A stretch of 64,000 nt of DNA from Paramoeba atlantica (Eukaryota > Protista > Discosea): positions 124,001-188,000 of the forward strand of contig CDRNVI010000140.1 in assembly GCA_977017575.1 (NCBI GenBank). Reading direction: 5' to 3'. This document shows positions 22,567-35,100 of the stretch, in pieces. Each line of letters opens with the position of its first letter. The first letter of the stretch is position 1. Both the position numbers and the translations under genes were made by a program. A model generated the notes under the pieces. That model saw only the letters and a program-made list of their open reading frames with translations, was not told where the DNA came from and ran no database searches.

Positions 22567-25500
22567 TTAATCTTCATCAAACTCAAGCATTAACTCAACC
22601 AATGCTTTCTTTCCATAAAACACCCTTCTAAAGAGCTCACCCCCATCAACATCGGATGCTGTGTCTGTGAGGATGTCATGTTGCAAAAGAGCTCTCTTTT
22701 TTTCGACTGTCATCATCCCTTTCTCTTCTCCCTCCTCCTCCTCCTCAGCTCCTTCCATCATATACTCAACCTCTTCTTCCCCCATTTCTTCGTCTCCACT
22801 CAAAGTTCCAGCGTCCTCAGTTATGGGTTCTTTTTCCTTTGGAATGAGCTCGAGTGGAGGTGGAAGCGATGCTTGTTGTTGTTGTTTTTCATTCACAGGA
22901 GAAGGGTGGATATTTTTCTCATTTCGACCATTGGAGAATTTCTCGATCTCAACAGTCGACGCAAGAGCGGCAAGGTCAGCCGGGGGATTCTTTGGTGAGT
23001 TGATTGGTGATGGGAACTGGATCCCTTCAGTTTCCTGCGACTTTGGTGAAGGAGATAGAACAAGAAATTGTTCGGCAAAAATATCAGAATGGATCATTGG
23101 ACGAGTTGCTTGCTTTTTAAATTGAGGAGGTCTTGACATCCATTCATCACCACCATCAAGACAAACATCACCATCCCCACCACCAATCTTTTTCTCACTC
23201 AGCCTTGTGGATTGGATAAGGGGAGCATGAGATAATCTTTTATCAGAATAGCGGTCTGTCTGAGCAAGAATTGATTGACTACGATTCAAACCCAATTGTT
23301 TGGCGAGCTTCTTATTGACAACGACTGGTGTTTCTTGGTTGCTTTCCATAAATTGTTCAAAAACTTGAAGACGTTGTTGGACAAGAGAGGAAATCTGTTT
23401 TTGTCCCAGGTTGCTTGATCTTTTCAGTGTCAGGGTGCTTCTAAACACAGGTCGACCAGATTCATCAATCCGCAATGAAGAAAGAATTTCTTCTGTAATT
23501 TGAGCTCGATCTTTGGGAGTTAAGGCGTCTAAGAGCGGTGTTGCGACTGTGGTAGGTAGTGGAGCAGGTCTTGTCCTCTGAAGATCTTGCGGATCTTGTG
23601 GGAGGAGAGGAGCAAGACTCTCAGGGAGTGGAGTTGACAGAGCCAGTGCAGTTGCACGTGAGTCGGGCGCAAATGTTGATTGGAAGGGAGAGGTTGGTTC
23701 AGCAGGTTCAGCAATGTAAGCAGGGACTGATGATAATGTTGGGCTATCGGAAGTCATGTGATGTTCCTTCATTGGAGGTGTTGTTTCTTCATTACTCAGG
23801 GTGGTGGGACCTGGTGGTGAGGTTACCCGTGTGAGTTTAGACGGTGGTTTTTTAGTTTTGTCAGCAGTGGAGCATGATTTCGATGAATTTTCTTTTGTGA
23901 CGGAAGAGATAATTTCAACAGCAGAACGTGGTCTTTTCTTATGTGCTGGACTTCTTTTTCCGGAACTGTCCTTTTTCTGCAAGGAGGCAGCAGTCCCCCC
24001 CTTCACAACAAAAGCAGCTTCGACTTTTGGCCTGGCTCGACCTGCATAGACATCACGTCGATGTGACTCTGTTGGTCGAAGGAGACGAGACAACTGAGAA
24101 GATGTTTCTTCTAATTTTCGATGCTGGGTTTTGAGCTGAGTTTCTAACTGTTGAATTTCCATGAGTTGATAAGCCACTTTCCGATCTAGTTTCATTCTCT
24201 CGGAAGATTCTGCTCGCCGTTTTTCTTCGAGAGTATCATAGCCGTCCTTCAGTTCTCGAATCATCTTTCGTAATACATTTAAGTCAGTTTCAGACTCATA
24301 ATTACCCAACTGCCGAGGTAAAAACTCTCGAGCTTTGACGAAATCAACTGCTTTTCCTCTTGGTTCAAGCCCAAATTCAATTGCCAAACTCTCTAACTTA
24401 TCAACTATCTCTCGACTTGATGGTCGTGATTCTGGATGAGCATTCCAAGCACGAGTAATCAAGGCCATATAATCTGGGTGGCAATTTTCGGGGATAGAAG
24501 GACGGAGCCCTTTCACAATTGCTTTTTCGACTTCCCACGCAAACCCATATTCCTCCAGAAATATCTGTTGAGTTAAGAGTTCCCACAAAATAACCCCAAG
24601 GCTGTAACAATCAACTTTTTCGTTGTAAGGGTCACCATTAATCACCTCTGGGGCAAGCCAAAGTGGGCAATCAACCACCCGCCCGACTCTTGATGATGAC
24701 AAAGAATTCACAGAGAGTCCAAAGTCAGTCACCTTCGCCATCAGATCAGCCAAATCGTCTGGTCCTCCCAGCAGTTCAGAGTACATTTGTCGTTTCGCAT
24801 CAGCCTCTTGTTTAAGAATCTCTGGGGGTTTTGGAAATGGGGCCGGTAAGACCGATTCAGTGATACTCGTGGGCGCATTTTCAGGAATTGGGCGACTCGA
24901 AAGAGGAGGTGACATTTGTTGATTAACCCCAATGACTTCTTGCATGGCCATATTATGACTGCTATCAGAAAAGCTATTTCTTCTTGGAGCTTGAGGAGCG
25001 ACCTCTCCATTCTTTTCATCAGACATCGAAGAAAGGAACTTCATTTTTAGAGAGGGCACACTTGTTTCTTTCGCCAAAGGAAGCTTGCTGACCTGGACAT
25101 TCGGATCGTCCATGGATTTTTGTTTTTCTATCATTGGAGTGCTAAAACTCTCTTCAAAATCTCGTTGAGAACTCTCAGTAAGATCAGATCCCTTTGGGGT
25201 ACCAACAGTCGAGTAAACAGTGACTTCGCTATTGAAGAAAACGCTGGTCCTTTTATCGAGATCTGGTTCTTGTGTTGGAGGAGGAGCGACACTCGGCAAT
25301 GGGACTGGAACTCCAGGAGGAGCAGTGGTTCTGCGATCATGGGAAATTGGCGCCAAATTTTTCAATGAACGACTTTTCACCTTGTTCATTTGATCTTTCA
25401 TCGAAGAGGAGACAGACGCCATCGACAATGACCGGGTTGAACTAGTAAACATAAACGAACGATTTCTGAGAGGAGCCTTTTTTAAAGGTTCAAAAGAAAC

Positions 25501-28500
25501 ATTCTCTTTCCAGTGGTCCCATTCAGGGGCACTCTCAAGGAGCTTGTCCCTTTGCAACATTCTTCGTTTTAATAAGATATTGGGGCTCTTTAGATCTCGG
25601 TGGATAATTGGAGGCGTAATCGAGTGCAAGAACATCACTCCCCGAGCAATATCAAGAGCAAGAACAATGCGAGTTTTCCAATTAATTTTGATTCCAGAGT
25701 GGATGAAGTCATAGAGCGTCCCGAGTTCCATGTATTCCATTACTAAGGCCATTGGTTTGAGAGTGACTCCAACAAGTTGAACAATATTTGGGTCCGACAA
25801 ACCAGACATTAGCCACACCTCACGACGAAATTGCTGAAATATTTCAGTTCTCGCTGAAAAAAATATCCATTTGTCAGGGGCGCTACCACACATATTCACA
25901 ACAAAAAAATACAAGAAAAAGAAAAAAACCTTGATGAGAATTAATGAAGTTCTGAATCCCATGAATTTCTTTGACAGCAACCAACTCATTTTTGTAAGTT
26001 CCTTTCAGCACACTACTCTGCTCTGTTTGCGCGATCGTTTCCTCAATTACTAAATCTTCTGGATTAATCTTGATATGATCAAATCCACCTTTAGGAAAGA
26101 AAAGAGATATTAATTCTTTTGCACATTTTGCTAAAACAAAAACGAGCCAAAAAAAAAACCTAAAGAAATATCAGGAGCTAAGCTATAAATGCTGACCGGA
26201 TGATCACGGCACTTCACAACAGTTTTTCCGTTTGCAACAGCTTCCTCTAAATCTTCTAATCGGAAACTAAATGGATCTGGTTCACCAAGATCCAAACAGT
26301 GAATACATGGAACGTTGATTCCAACAGAGACATGTAACCACTCATTGATAATATTTTCTGTTTTTTCAGGGAGGAAAAAAAAAAATGAGATTACCATATC
26401 TTTTGATAACAAAAAATATGAATAAAAAGAACCAATGCAAGACACAAGGGTTAAAAGAAGCTTGTGGCATTGAGGACCGCGAACATGGATTCGAAGAGCA
26501 AAGTCACTTTCATTTAATTCAACTCGGGAGACATGACCTTCAAAAGCCAAAAGCATCCCATTTCTCCAAACTTCTTTTAATCTGTTCAAAAGAAAAAGTG
26601 AGTCTCAACATCCATAAAAAAAACAAGAAAAGGAAATCTTCTCAGCCCCAAAAAAAGATCAAAAAAAAAATGATTGATTGAAAACTAAAAGGAGGACCTC
26701 CAGCCAGTATGAAGAACTCGAGCCATAATGACAGAAAAGAACCCTAATGGCATAAATTCAAAGTGATAGTGACGAGCCAATTCAGGTTGTCGTGGAAGAC
26801 CTCGAGGAGGTTTGGAAGGCCAAAGAGCTTCTAAAATTCCAAGAGAAGGATCCTCAGGAAGAAGGGAAGGTACTAAAACTCTCACCTTTTGAAAATTTTC
26901 TCTTGAGTTATTTTGAGAGGAGAAAAAATTAAAAGAAAAGGAACTTTGTCTGAATCTTTTCGGAGAATTGAATGACGTTTAACATTTGTATGACTTTTAA
27001 TTCTTTGTAACACCCGATTCGAAATATTTCTCTATTTTTAAAGGATAATTAGAGAATAGCAATGTGTTGTTATTCGGGAAAACTTCGTCAAAATGAGAAA
27101 AAAAATAGTTTTTTTTTTGTCATTGGTCATAAACCTGCATAGATGGAGGTAACTTATAAGCAAGTTCAAATTTCTCAAGAAGACCCAATAAATCGCTATA
27201 CAATTCTTTCGGAAACTTCGGGGGCGTCCAAATTGCTTCAAAGTCAGATGCTACAAGAATACCCTGAAAAGAAAATATTATTAAATAAATAAAAAAAAAG
27301 GAAAGAGGAAAGAAACAAACTTTTGTCTGGTCCAACTTGGAAACAGAATCCAAGAGCTCCCAAAGCCACATCGCATCAACAACAATCACATTCATCAACG
27401 CGGTCTCATTGAAATGCATAACACTGGCGACTTGAGTTAACAAATAAAGTGCATTGGAATAAAACTTTTGTGGGATTCCAGTACTTGCTGCAAGACTCTC
27501 AAATTGCAAGCGAGTTAACAAGGGTTTGTCGACATACATCTCTTTCAGACCTTCAAATTTTTCTCCAAGAGCCAAAACTGCTCTCGGAATAGGTCCTTCT
27601 TCCCAGATAACGTCCATCGCCAAGTGGGTGAGCTTCACCTGGAGCTCTTCCAGAGTAACACGGCTGCCATCATATGGAAGAAAAAAACGAATTTTTGGGA
27701 AACGAGCCGCAAACCTCTCATTGAGGTGTACAAATATTTTGTCCAAAAAAGATCGTGGTGTTTTGGTTGTATGGAACCCAACTAAAATAATGGGGGCATT
27801 CGGAGCGCGCACTTGAATTGCTTGGAGCCAATATTCCAAACGAAATGGATCTTGTTCTACAGTTCTTAAATTAAAAGCCACCAAATAAATCGCCCTTGAA
27901 GCAAGAAATAGGAGCTGTTGTGCATTTAAATTTGCTTGCCCGAGATCCCACCCAATGAGTGTTAGAGATTGACGTGGTTTTGAACCTGGATCGACATTCG
28001 AATATTGTAGGGTATCCCAATAATTCACGGCTGGGACAGAAACTGATTGTACTCTCTCTCTCCCTCCTTCAGGCGGAGCAAGTCCCTCCTTCGGGTGGAG
28101 GGTCAGTGACATACGTTGAGGAGATTTAGCTTGTGGACGTGGTGAAAGAAATCCAGCAGGGAGTCCCCGAGGAATAGTGTCTTCTCCTCCTCCACGCATC
28201 GGATTTGGAGAGAGACGTCTTGGCAGTTTCGGAGAGAATCGCGCTAATCTTGGAGAGATTCCTCTCTTTGGAGACTTTGGAGAAGAACCCCTTGGAGAGA
28301 TGATTGAAGCATCTGTATGTGAGTCATCATCAAGGGGAATGCGAGGAGGAGAAGAATCATAAGGCATGAGAGGGACTGGAGAAACACCTCCAGGAACTTC
28401 TTGTTGTTCAACGCTTTGTGAAGGAGAGCGAAGCCGTAATTTGAGTTTTTTCGCCTTATCTCTGTTCTCCTTTAAACTTTGCGATCTTACAAGTGGACTT

Positions 28501-30280
28501 TGAGGCTGATCTAATGAGTGAAAACTTAAAATATGAGGGGGAATTTCGATATCCGAAATATCCACCTCCCAAGTTGTCACATCTGCGTTAAACATTGAGC
28601 TTTTTTCTTCGGATGTTGGTGGCATTTCTGGGGAGTGTTTTTCCTTGTCTCTTTTTCCTTTTTTCTTCTTTTTTCCAAATATCGATTTGAAAATTGTACT
28701 TTTTGGTTTCAGATTGGCAAGGGAATCGATTAAAAGACAACCAGGCTCTCCAACGCACATGACTTTCATTTTGTGTAAAAAAACTTCTTCTGAATTTTGT
28801 GATCGAATAAGCCTAAAAACCCAAAAAGAATTAATTGTTTGAGAAAATCTGACCACCCACCACAAAGAATTTTTTTCTTGGTTGGAAAAATTACAAAATG
28901 GAAAAGGAGATGAATAAAAAACCTGGCAAGATCAACAGGAGAGAGGGAAAAGAGAGCCGGCTGAAGAAACCCAGTGTTTCCCTCGATTAATAAATATTGA
29001 AGTCTTGGAAGACTCCCCAAAAAGTAAGGAAGGGAGTGGATCAGATTATTGGAAAGATCAAGGGTCTCCAAAGAATAAAGAAACCCAACAGACGGAGGGA
29101 GCGATTCAAGTCTTGAAATCGAAAAATAGAAAAAAAAAAAAGCACGATTTAAAAAAAAATAAAAGGGAAAAAAAATCCGGTCAACCGGAATCGAACCAGT
29201 GACCTAGAGATGTCTACAACTTGCTACAGTCTCCCGCTCTACCAGCTGAGCTATGACCGGATTTGTGGAAAAGTATGCAAATTTTGGTGTTCTTATGTGA
29301 TGGAAAAAGAAAAAACCTGTTGTATGATAAATCCAACACTTTTAACTGTGAAAGGCAATTGATTTGAGGTGAAATCTTCGTAAGTTTGTTGTGTCTTAAT
29401 GATAAATTCTGTGGTGGGAAAATATTAAATTGGTTTCAAGGAGAAAAAGAGCTTTTGTCGCCAAGTTTTTCAAAAAAAAAACCTGAAGGTTCATTAAATG
29501 CAGGATCTCAGCTGGAAATTCAACAAAATCATTTCGAGAAAGGTTTAAGGTTGTCACATGTAACATCGAGCTCCCAAATTTTGGAAGAATAGTCAAAGTT
29601 CGATTTCGAAACGATAAGCTGTCCTTCCTTTTCAACCGACACAACCTCAAGTCGTCATTCGAAGCTAAACATTCAAATAAATCAACAACTTCTTCGACAT
29701 TCTTTGGGAGACTGCCAACAATCAGTTCTGATGGGAGTTGGATTGAATCAATTTCCAAAGAAATTAAAGTAAAGTTACGACGAATGGCTGGTAAAACAAC
29801 AGATGTCAACTTCTCAGAAATGGGATTAGCAGTTAAGTCAAGCTTTGCAAGTCCCTTTGATTCTTCCAAAACTTTGACAAGAGCTTTTCCAATTCCATCA
29901 GTAATTTCATTGTGAGAAAGGCAAAGAGTCTATTAAATAAGAATAATAAAAAAGGAGAGATGTCAGAAAAAAAAAGACAACAAAATCCCAAAAACAAAAA
30001 AAAAAAGAAGAACTTTTAGTGTCGGGTGAGATGAAACGGAGTGGAACAACAAACTCGCTGAATCAACATCAAGATGAACCCCTTGGGCAACTATCTTTCG
30101 AAGACAACTATTGAGAGAGAGAGCAGAGATCCAGTGAGCGTGAAGTGGCGCGAGATTTTGACCCACTTCCGGATTGAAAACAACTGAATCAACGATCAAA
30201 TTTCGAAGTCCTTGATCATTTTCCTCGATTCGTTTGACCGTTCCGTTCCATTTAGCGTTTCTCTCTTTCCAATGTTCCAT
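22567..30280 (-). CDS. Roco-type protein: LRR - degenerate ROC - COR - TKL kinase - coiled coil/low-complexity tail; many exons
   Basis: LRRs (LKVLDLSYNRLESLP; LETLDLSNNLIHSLP); ROC-like KMKVMCVG..WDLGQ..FLASRAIYLVAFNL..LEYWL..APIILVG; COR-like WRNGMLL; kinase VAVK, REV..M..L.DPNIVQL, HRDLKSPNILL, KVTDFGLS, WLAPEV, DCYSLGVILWEL. Confidence 0.87.
29176..29260 (-). tRNA. trnY-GTA: tRNA-Tyr(GUA) with a 12-nt intron (29223-29212), nested in a Roco intron
   Basis: The reverse complement folds as a cloverleaf: acceptor CCGGTCA/TGACCGG plus discriminator A, D arm GCTC-AGCTGGTA-GAGC, anticodon arm GGAGA-CTGTAG^A-TCTCT, T arm ACTGG-TTCGATT-CCGGT. A poly-T Pol III terminator follows immediately. Confidence 0.97.
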
Positions 30281-30509
30281 AGAGGAGGAATTACAATTAC
30301 TTTAACGTTCGTGTTTCACAACATCCACGGTGTGATCAATATAAAACCGCAAAACAGACAGGGGCGGTGGAAAAGTAGTGAAAAGAATTTTTGGACTGCC
30401 TGATTTACCAACAAAACCCAAAACAAGAAAGAGAAATCCACGTCATTATTTTTTTTCCTTTTTTTTTTTTCAAAGTCGAGCGGCGAAACTTGACAACAAG
30501 AGAAATCGA

Positions 30510-31226
30510 ATGTGGAGGGGTTGTCTTTCTGGTTGTCTTGCTGCACGGCCTTTGAGAAGTTCTTATCCTTCTTACCAGACCATCTCTCCACCAAAATTAT
30601 TTCCAAGTTATTTTTCTGGTCTCTCCTCACAATTTTCTTCAAGAAGTGTTGCTCTGGTAATTAAAAACACCAAAAAAAAATAGAAAGTCTCCACAATGAG
30701 AATATCATCCCACTAAAAGGGACGAACCCAACAAGAGAAAGGCAAGGTCTCACTCTCTTTTTCAAAGTAAAAAAAAATGATTCTTTTTGTTTGATGAAAA
30801 AAACGATTTTTTAGAGGCAACCAAGCCATCAGCCGAGAGAATCAGACAATTGACAGAGCTTTCATTGAAAGAGAAAATGGAGGTTTTTCTTTATCTCTTT
30901 TCTTTCCTCCAAACATTTCAAGTTCAAACTGAGAGTAATTTCTTTTTTTTTGAAGAGGGAAGAATATCTTCAAAAAATTCAAAGTGGGGAAGCTTCTCCA
31001 GAGGATGGTTCTTTCTTTTGTTTCCTTCTTCGTTGAGAATTCCGTTGAGATTTTTTTTAACAGAGGTTTATGTAAATGAGGAAACTGGGGAGGTTGGAGG
31101 ACCGAAAGGGCCTGAGCCAACAAGGTTCTCTTTCTTTTTTTTCTTGATTTGTTTTGAACTCCTCTAACTCTCAATTTGTGAAGACACGGCGATTGGCACT
31201 TCAAGGGGAGATGCACTGACTTTTAA
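30510..31226 (+). CDS. SDHAF4: Succinate dehydrogenase assembly factor 4 (DUF1674), mitochondrial; multi-exon
   Basis: Arg/Ser-rich presequence (MWRGCLSGCLAARPLRSS); C-terminal signature ETGEVGGPKGPEPTR|HGDWHFKGRCTDF*. The first intron boundary is uncertain. Confidence 0.88.
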
Positions 31227-32180
31227 TTCAAAATTAAACTCTTCACAGAATCTTCTCCTCTTGGTTGATAGATATTTGTTGAAGTTGCACTTTCGATTGA
31301 CATTTATTTATTTGGTGGTTAATTTTCGATGACATTTTTGTGCCTGAACTCCTTGTCAATAAAGGTGGATTTTGGTGAGACCAATTTCGGTTTTGAGATG
31401 AAGGCGAAAACGACACACCATATTGAAGATCACCTTTGAGCTAACCAAAATCTGAAATTCTGAAATCTCACAACCCGAGCGCTGTGGGGAGGGAGAAGGT
31501 GGAAAAAATACAAACACTGAAGCTCGCAGTCCATGAAATCTCCTTTCAAAAAGTATTTCACAAATGAAAACCTGAAAACCAGGATCCCTCATGTTGATTC
31601 AAGGAAGAAGGGACGGAGGTTCGCCCCAGCCGTTTCCAAATTTGCAAATTTTTGTTGCTCCCGCTCCATTTTTCAAGAATTTTCTCCCTCCTTTTCTTTT
31701 GTTCTACGAGCTCTCACACCAAACTTTCCACACTCTTGAAAATCCACAAAGTGGACCACTTTCACTTTCTCGTTACCGTGACGCTGCGGTGACGCTCACC
31801 GAGAAGAGAATTTGGCACGTTTTTTCTCCCATAAATGTGTGTGAATTTGGCCGGAAAAAAATCTCCAAAAAAGAGGAAAAAAAGAATTTGTCTTTGTCCG
31901 TTTTTGACTTTTTGTGAGGTGATTTTCGGAGAGAAAAATAAAAATAAAAAGACCCCATGTTTTTTGAGAAGGTATCGTTGTTCCCGTTGTTCCGAGAAAC
32001 CCCGTTTACATCCTCCCGTTTTTAAGTTTTTTGTTACTTTTTCTGTTGTCTTTGTCTTGTTCTTTTCTTCCTCTTTTGAAGCTTTCCTCTCTTTCAAGAG
32101 GTTTCGCGCCTCCTTCTTCCTTTCTTCTTTCTCTCTTCTTTCTCTTTTTTTTTTTTTTTTCCCTCCCCGCATTATTGAAG

Positions 32181-35100
32181 ATGCTCTCTTCGCTTTTCTT
32201 TTCTTGTCTCTTGTTGAGCCAAGCTTGGAGCTTTGCAAATATTAAAGAGAAGAGCATTCATTATTCCACCTCTTTCTTTGGCGATATTAGTTTTGGAACT
32301 GTCAACCCTCGAATTACGTTTGATCAAGACCTTTTTGTTGGCGAAGATTTTTTTTGTTCAAGTAACTTTGTTCCATCAATTCCTGAGTGTATCCCTTGTA
32401 ATTATTCAGGGTTAAGCGGAGCAGGTCAAAAAACTTTTTTTTTGTTATCCCAAAATCTTTCTTTTTATTACAATTTTTTTTTTCTTCTCTTAAAAACTTT
32501 TTTTTTCTTTTTAAAAGATGGAAAGTGTCTCGAACCGGAGCTCAATACGCGAGATGTTCCAACTTTAACAGAAGAACAGAAAAATACTCTTCCAAATTGT
32601 CCATGTGAACCAACTTTTTGTGATGGAGAACTCCTTTCGATTGGAGAGAAACCCAAGAAAGTAGTGATCACAAAAAGTGAAGCAAGAAAGATTTTCAAAT
32701 TCGAAAATATTCATTGGGACCGAGGTTTTGTGGTTCATGTAGTGCCTGAGTCTGAAGGACAATCTGATTATTTTATTTCGACTTCCAATCTTCTTGAGGC
32801 ATCAAAGGTTAGTTTTTTGGCACTCTTCCTTTCGAAACTTTTTCGTTTTTTTCAGTTTTTGAAAGATTTTTTTTTTTGAACCCTTTGCATTTTCTTTTTT
32901 TTCCTTTTAGATGTATGCTTTTTCATCTTTCACCGATCCTGTGGAACACTTGTTGGCTTGTCCTTCTTTTCCTCAATTTGGAGCCAGTACAGGGACAATT
33001 ACAAACTTTCTTGTCATTGAACCTTCGTCGAATACGCCGATTGTCAGTTACTCGATCAGTATTGAGTATCTCCCTTTTTTGGATGGTAAGGATTCTCTCT
33101 TCATTTTATTGACAAAACCGTGGGTTTCGTCGTCCTTCCTATTATTCACTTCTTTTACTTTTATCAGAGGGAGAGAGGGTCATTCCGACAATCCATGAAA
33201 ACTCGTCCTCTTTTTCGAACCCACTTCCCATTGGTGATTCGCCAACTCACTTCAAAGGCAATTTTCTGAAAAATGAAGATGGGGTTTCCCCAAATTATTA
33301 TCGCAATATTCTGATTTTTGGACCGTTCGAAGAGTGCACAACACTTTCCATCCATGCGGAAATCTTGAAGCTCGATCTTGAGACTAATTATTTTGGGGTA
33401 CTTCGGACTTCTTTTGGATTAATTTCAGAGAGCGGGTTGAACTACTTGATGGAGAGGACTGCAAATTCCCGCCCTTTCAAAGATGAACAAGTTGTTATCG
33501 AAAATTATAACCAATCACTCTATTATCCCATGGGAAGTGCTGGTAGATAATTATTCCTTTCCTCTTCATAGAATTTCTTTTCTTTTTGTTTTGTCGAAAA
33601 TAATATTATTAACTTCTTATCTTTTTTTTTTGACAAAAGGATACGTTGCAAGTGTTTGCCCTTACCAAAATGCTGATCATTCTGGTTACGAGAAGACTTA
33701 TGTCACTTGGAACGTGAATTCAGGAAGAATTTTTCAAGATTATGAGATGTTACTCTTTGTCCGGCCTGTGGCGACTTCTCCCTTTTTTTCCAAAAAAAAA
33801 ATTGGGGAAATGCCCCCAATTCAATTTCAAACTGTGAGTTTTCCCATTTCACAACATTTTTTTTTATTTATTGACAACGATATTTTTCTATTAGACCTTG
33901 CAATCGTCCATCATTATGAGTTGTCCTTGCATGGGGACTGATAATTGCTCTGATACAGTCTTTGACGCTGAGTCAGGTTTTCAAATTATTTTGGAAAAGG
34001 AGATTATTTAAAAAAAGGCAAAGATAGAACATCGTTGTCCTCTCTCTTTGTTGCAAAGTTAGCTCTAATTTGTGTTTTCTTTTTCCAAGGTTATCGCTAC
34101 TTTAATCGGATTAGCCGAATGAATGTGAAGAATTATCTCGGCCTTAAGAATGAGTTTGTTCATGGAAGCGATCTTTCACCAAAAATCGGGGTTCCAATTC
34201 AAAAGTTTGAAGACTTCCACGTTTTTCTCTTTCGGTGCTATCATTTAATGTATCCTCCTTTCTTTTTTTCCTTTCTTCTCCCCTCTTGCTTACAACTCAA
34301 CCTCAAAAATCCCCAGGCGAGACTCCAGCTGTAGTGTGATTCGGCCTATTCCCGTCTTGGAAACCCAAAATCCAATCATTTATCCTGCACCAAATATTGC
34401 AAAGTTTGAAAATGCCATTCTTTGTGATTCTCGTTTGGACGAGGTCCCTCGTCCTCCAATCTTGAATAATTCTATTAGTCTTTTGATCTTTAAGAATGTA
34501 GAAAGTGTTGATTTCTTTTCTCTCGAAAGGTTTATTCTTTCCATTCACAAAATTTTTCATTTCTTTTGAAAGCTCACAAAAAAAAAATCAGATTAAGCCA
34601 GTGTATGATGAGTTTCCCTCTCCCAAGTCGATTAATGACGGAAGATCTTTTGCCACCCTCGCAGGAGGTTTCTTTCCGAGATTCTTATTATTAATAACCC
34701 TTCATATCTCCTGCTGACATTGATCGATCACAGATGATATATTTTTCTTCTCTTGAAAACCCTCTTTCAAACTGTTCAGCCCAAAAGTTTTCGAGAGTTT
34801 CAGAAGTTCTCACCAATTTAGAAGACGAGTTGGGCGAGATGGTTGATCACACACTTGTCGAAGCCTCCGAAGAAGAGGATTTTTTTGAAATTGAAGGATA
34901 CAGTCGTACCTGTGGTTTGCAATATGGATCTTTTGAACTTCTTTTTTCTGATGAGTGGCAAAGGTAATCCTCTTTTTTTCCTTTCCGTTTTTTTATATTG
35001 TTTGACTTATTTTTTTATACTTCTCTTTTAGTTGCCAAAACCTTGCAAACTCTTTTTTGAATTTTGAGACAATCGAGACTGAAATTAAGGACACCGCTGA

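Noticed and set aside
30640-30700. Apparent frameshift or premature stop in SDHAF4 exon 1
   Set aside because: It can be resolved by a phase-1 intron ending at the AAAAATAG acceptor (30683), or by homopolymer error; not evidence of a pseudogene or recoding.
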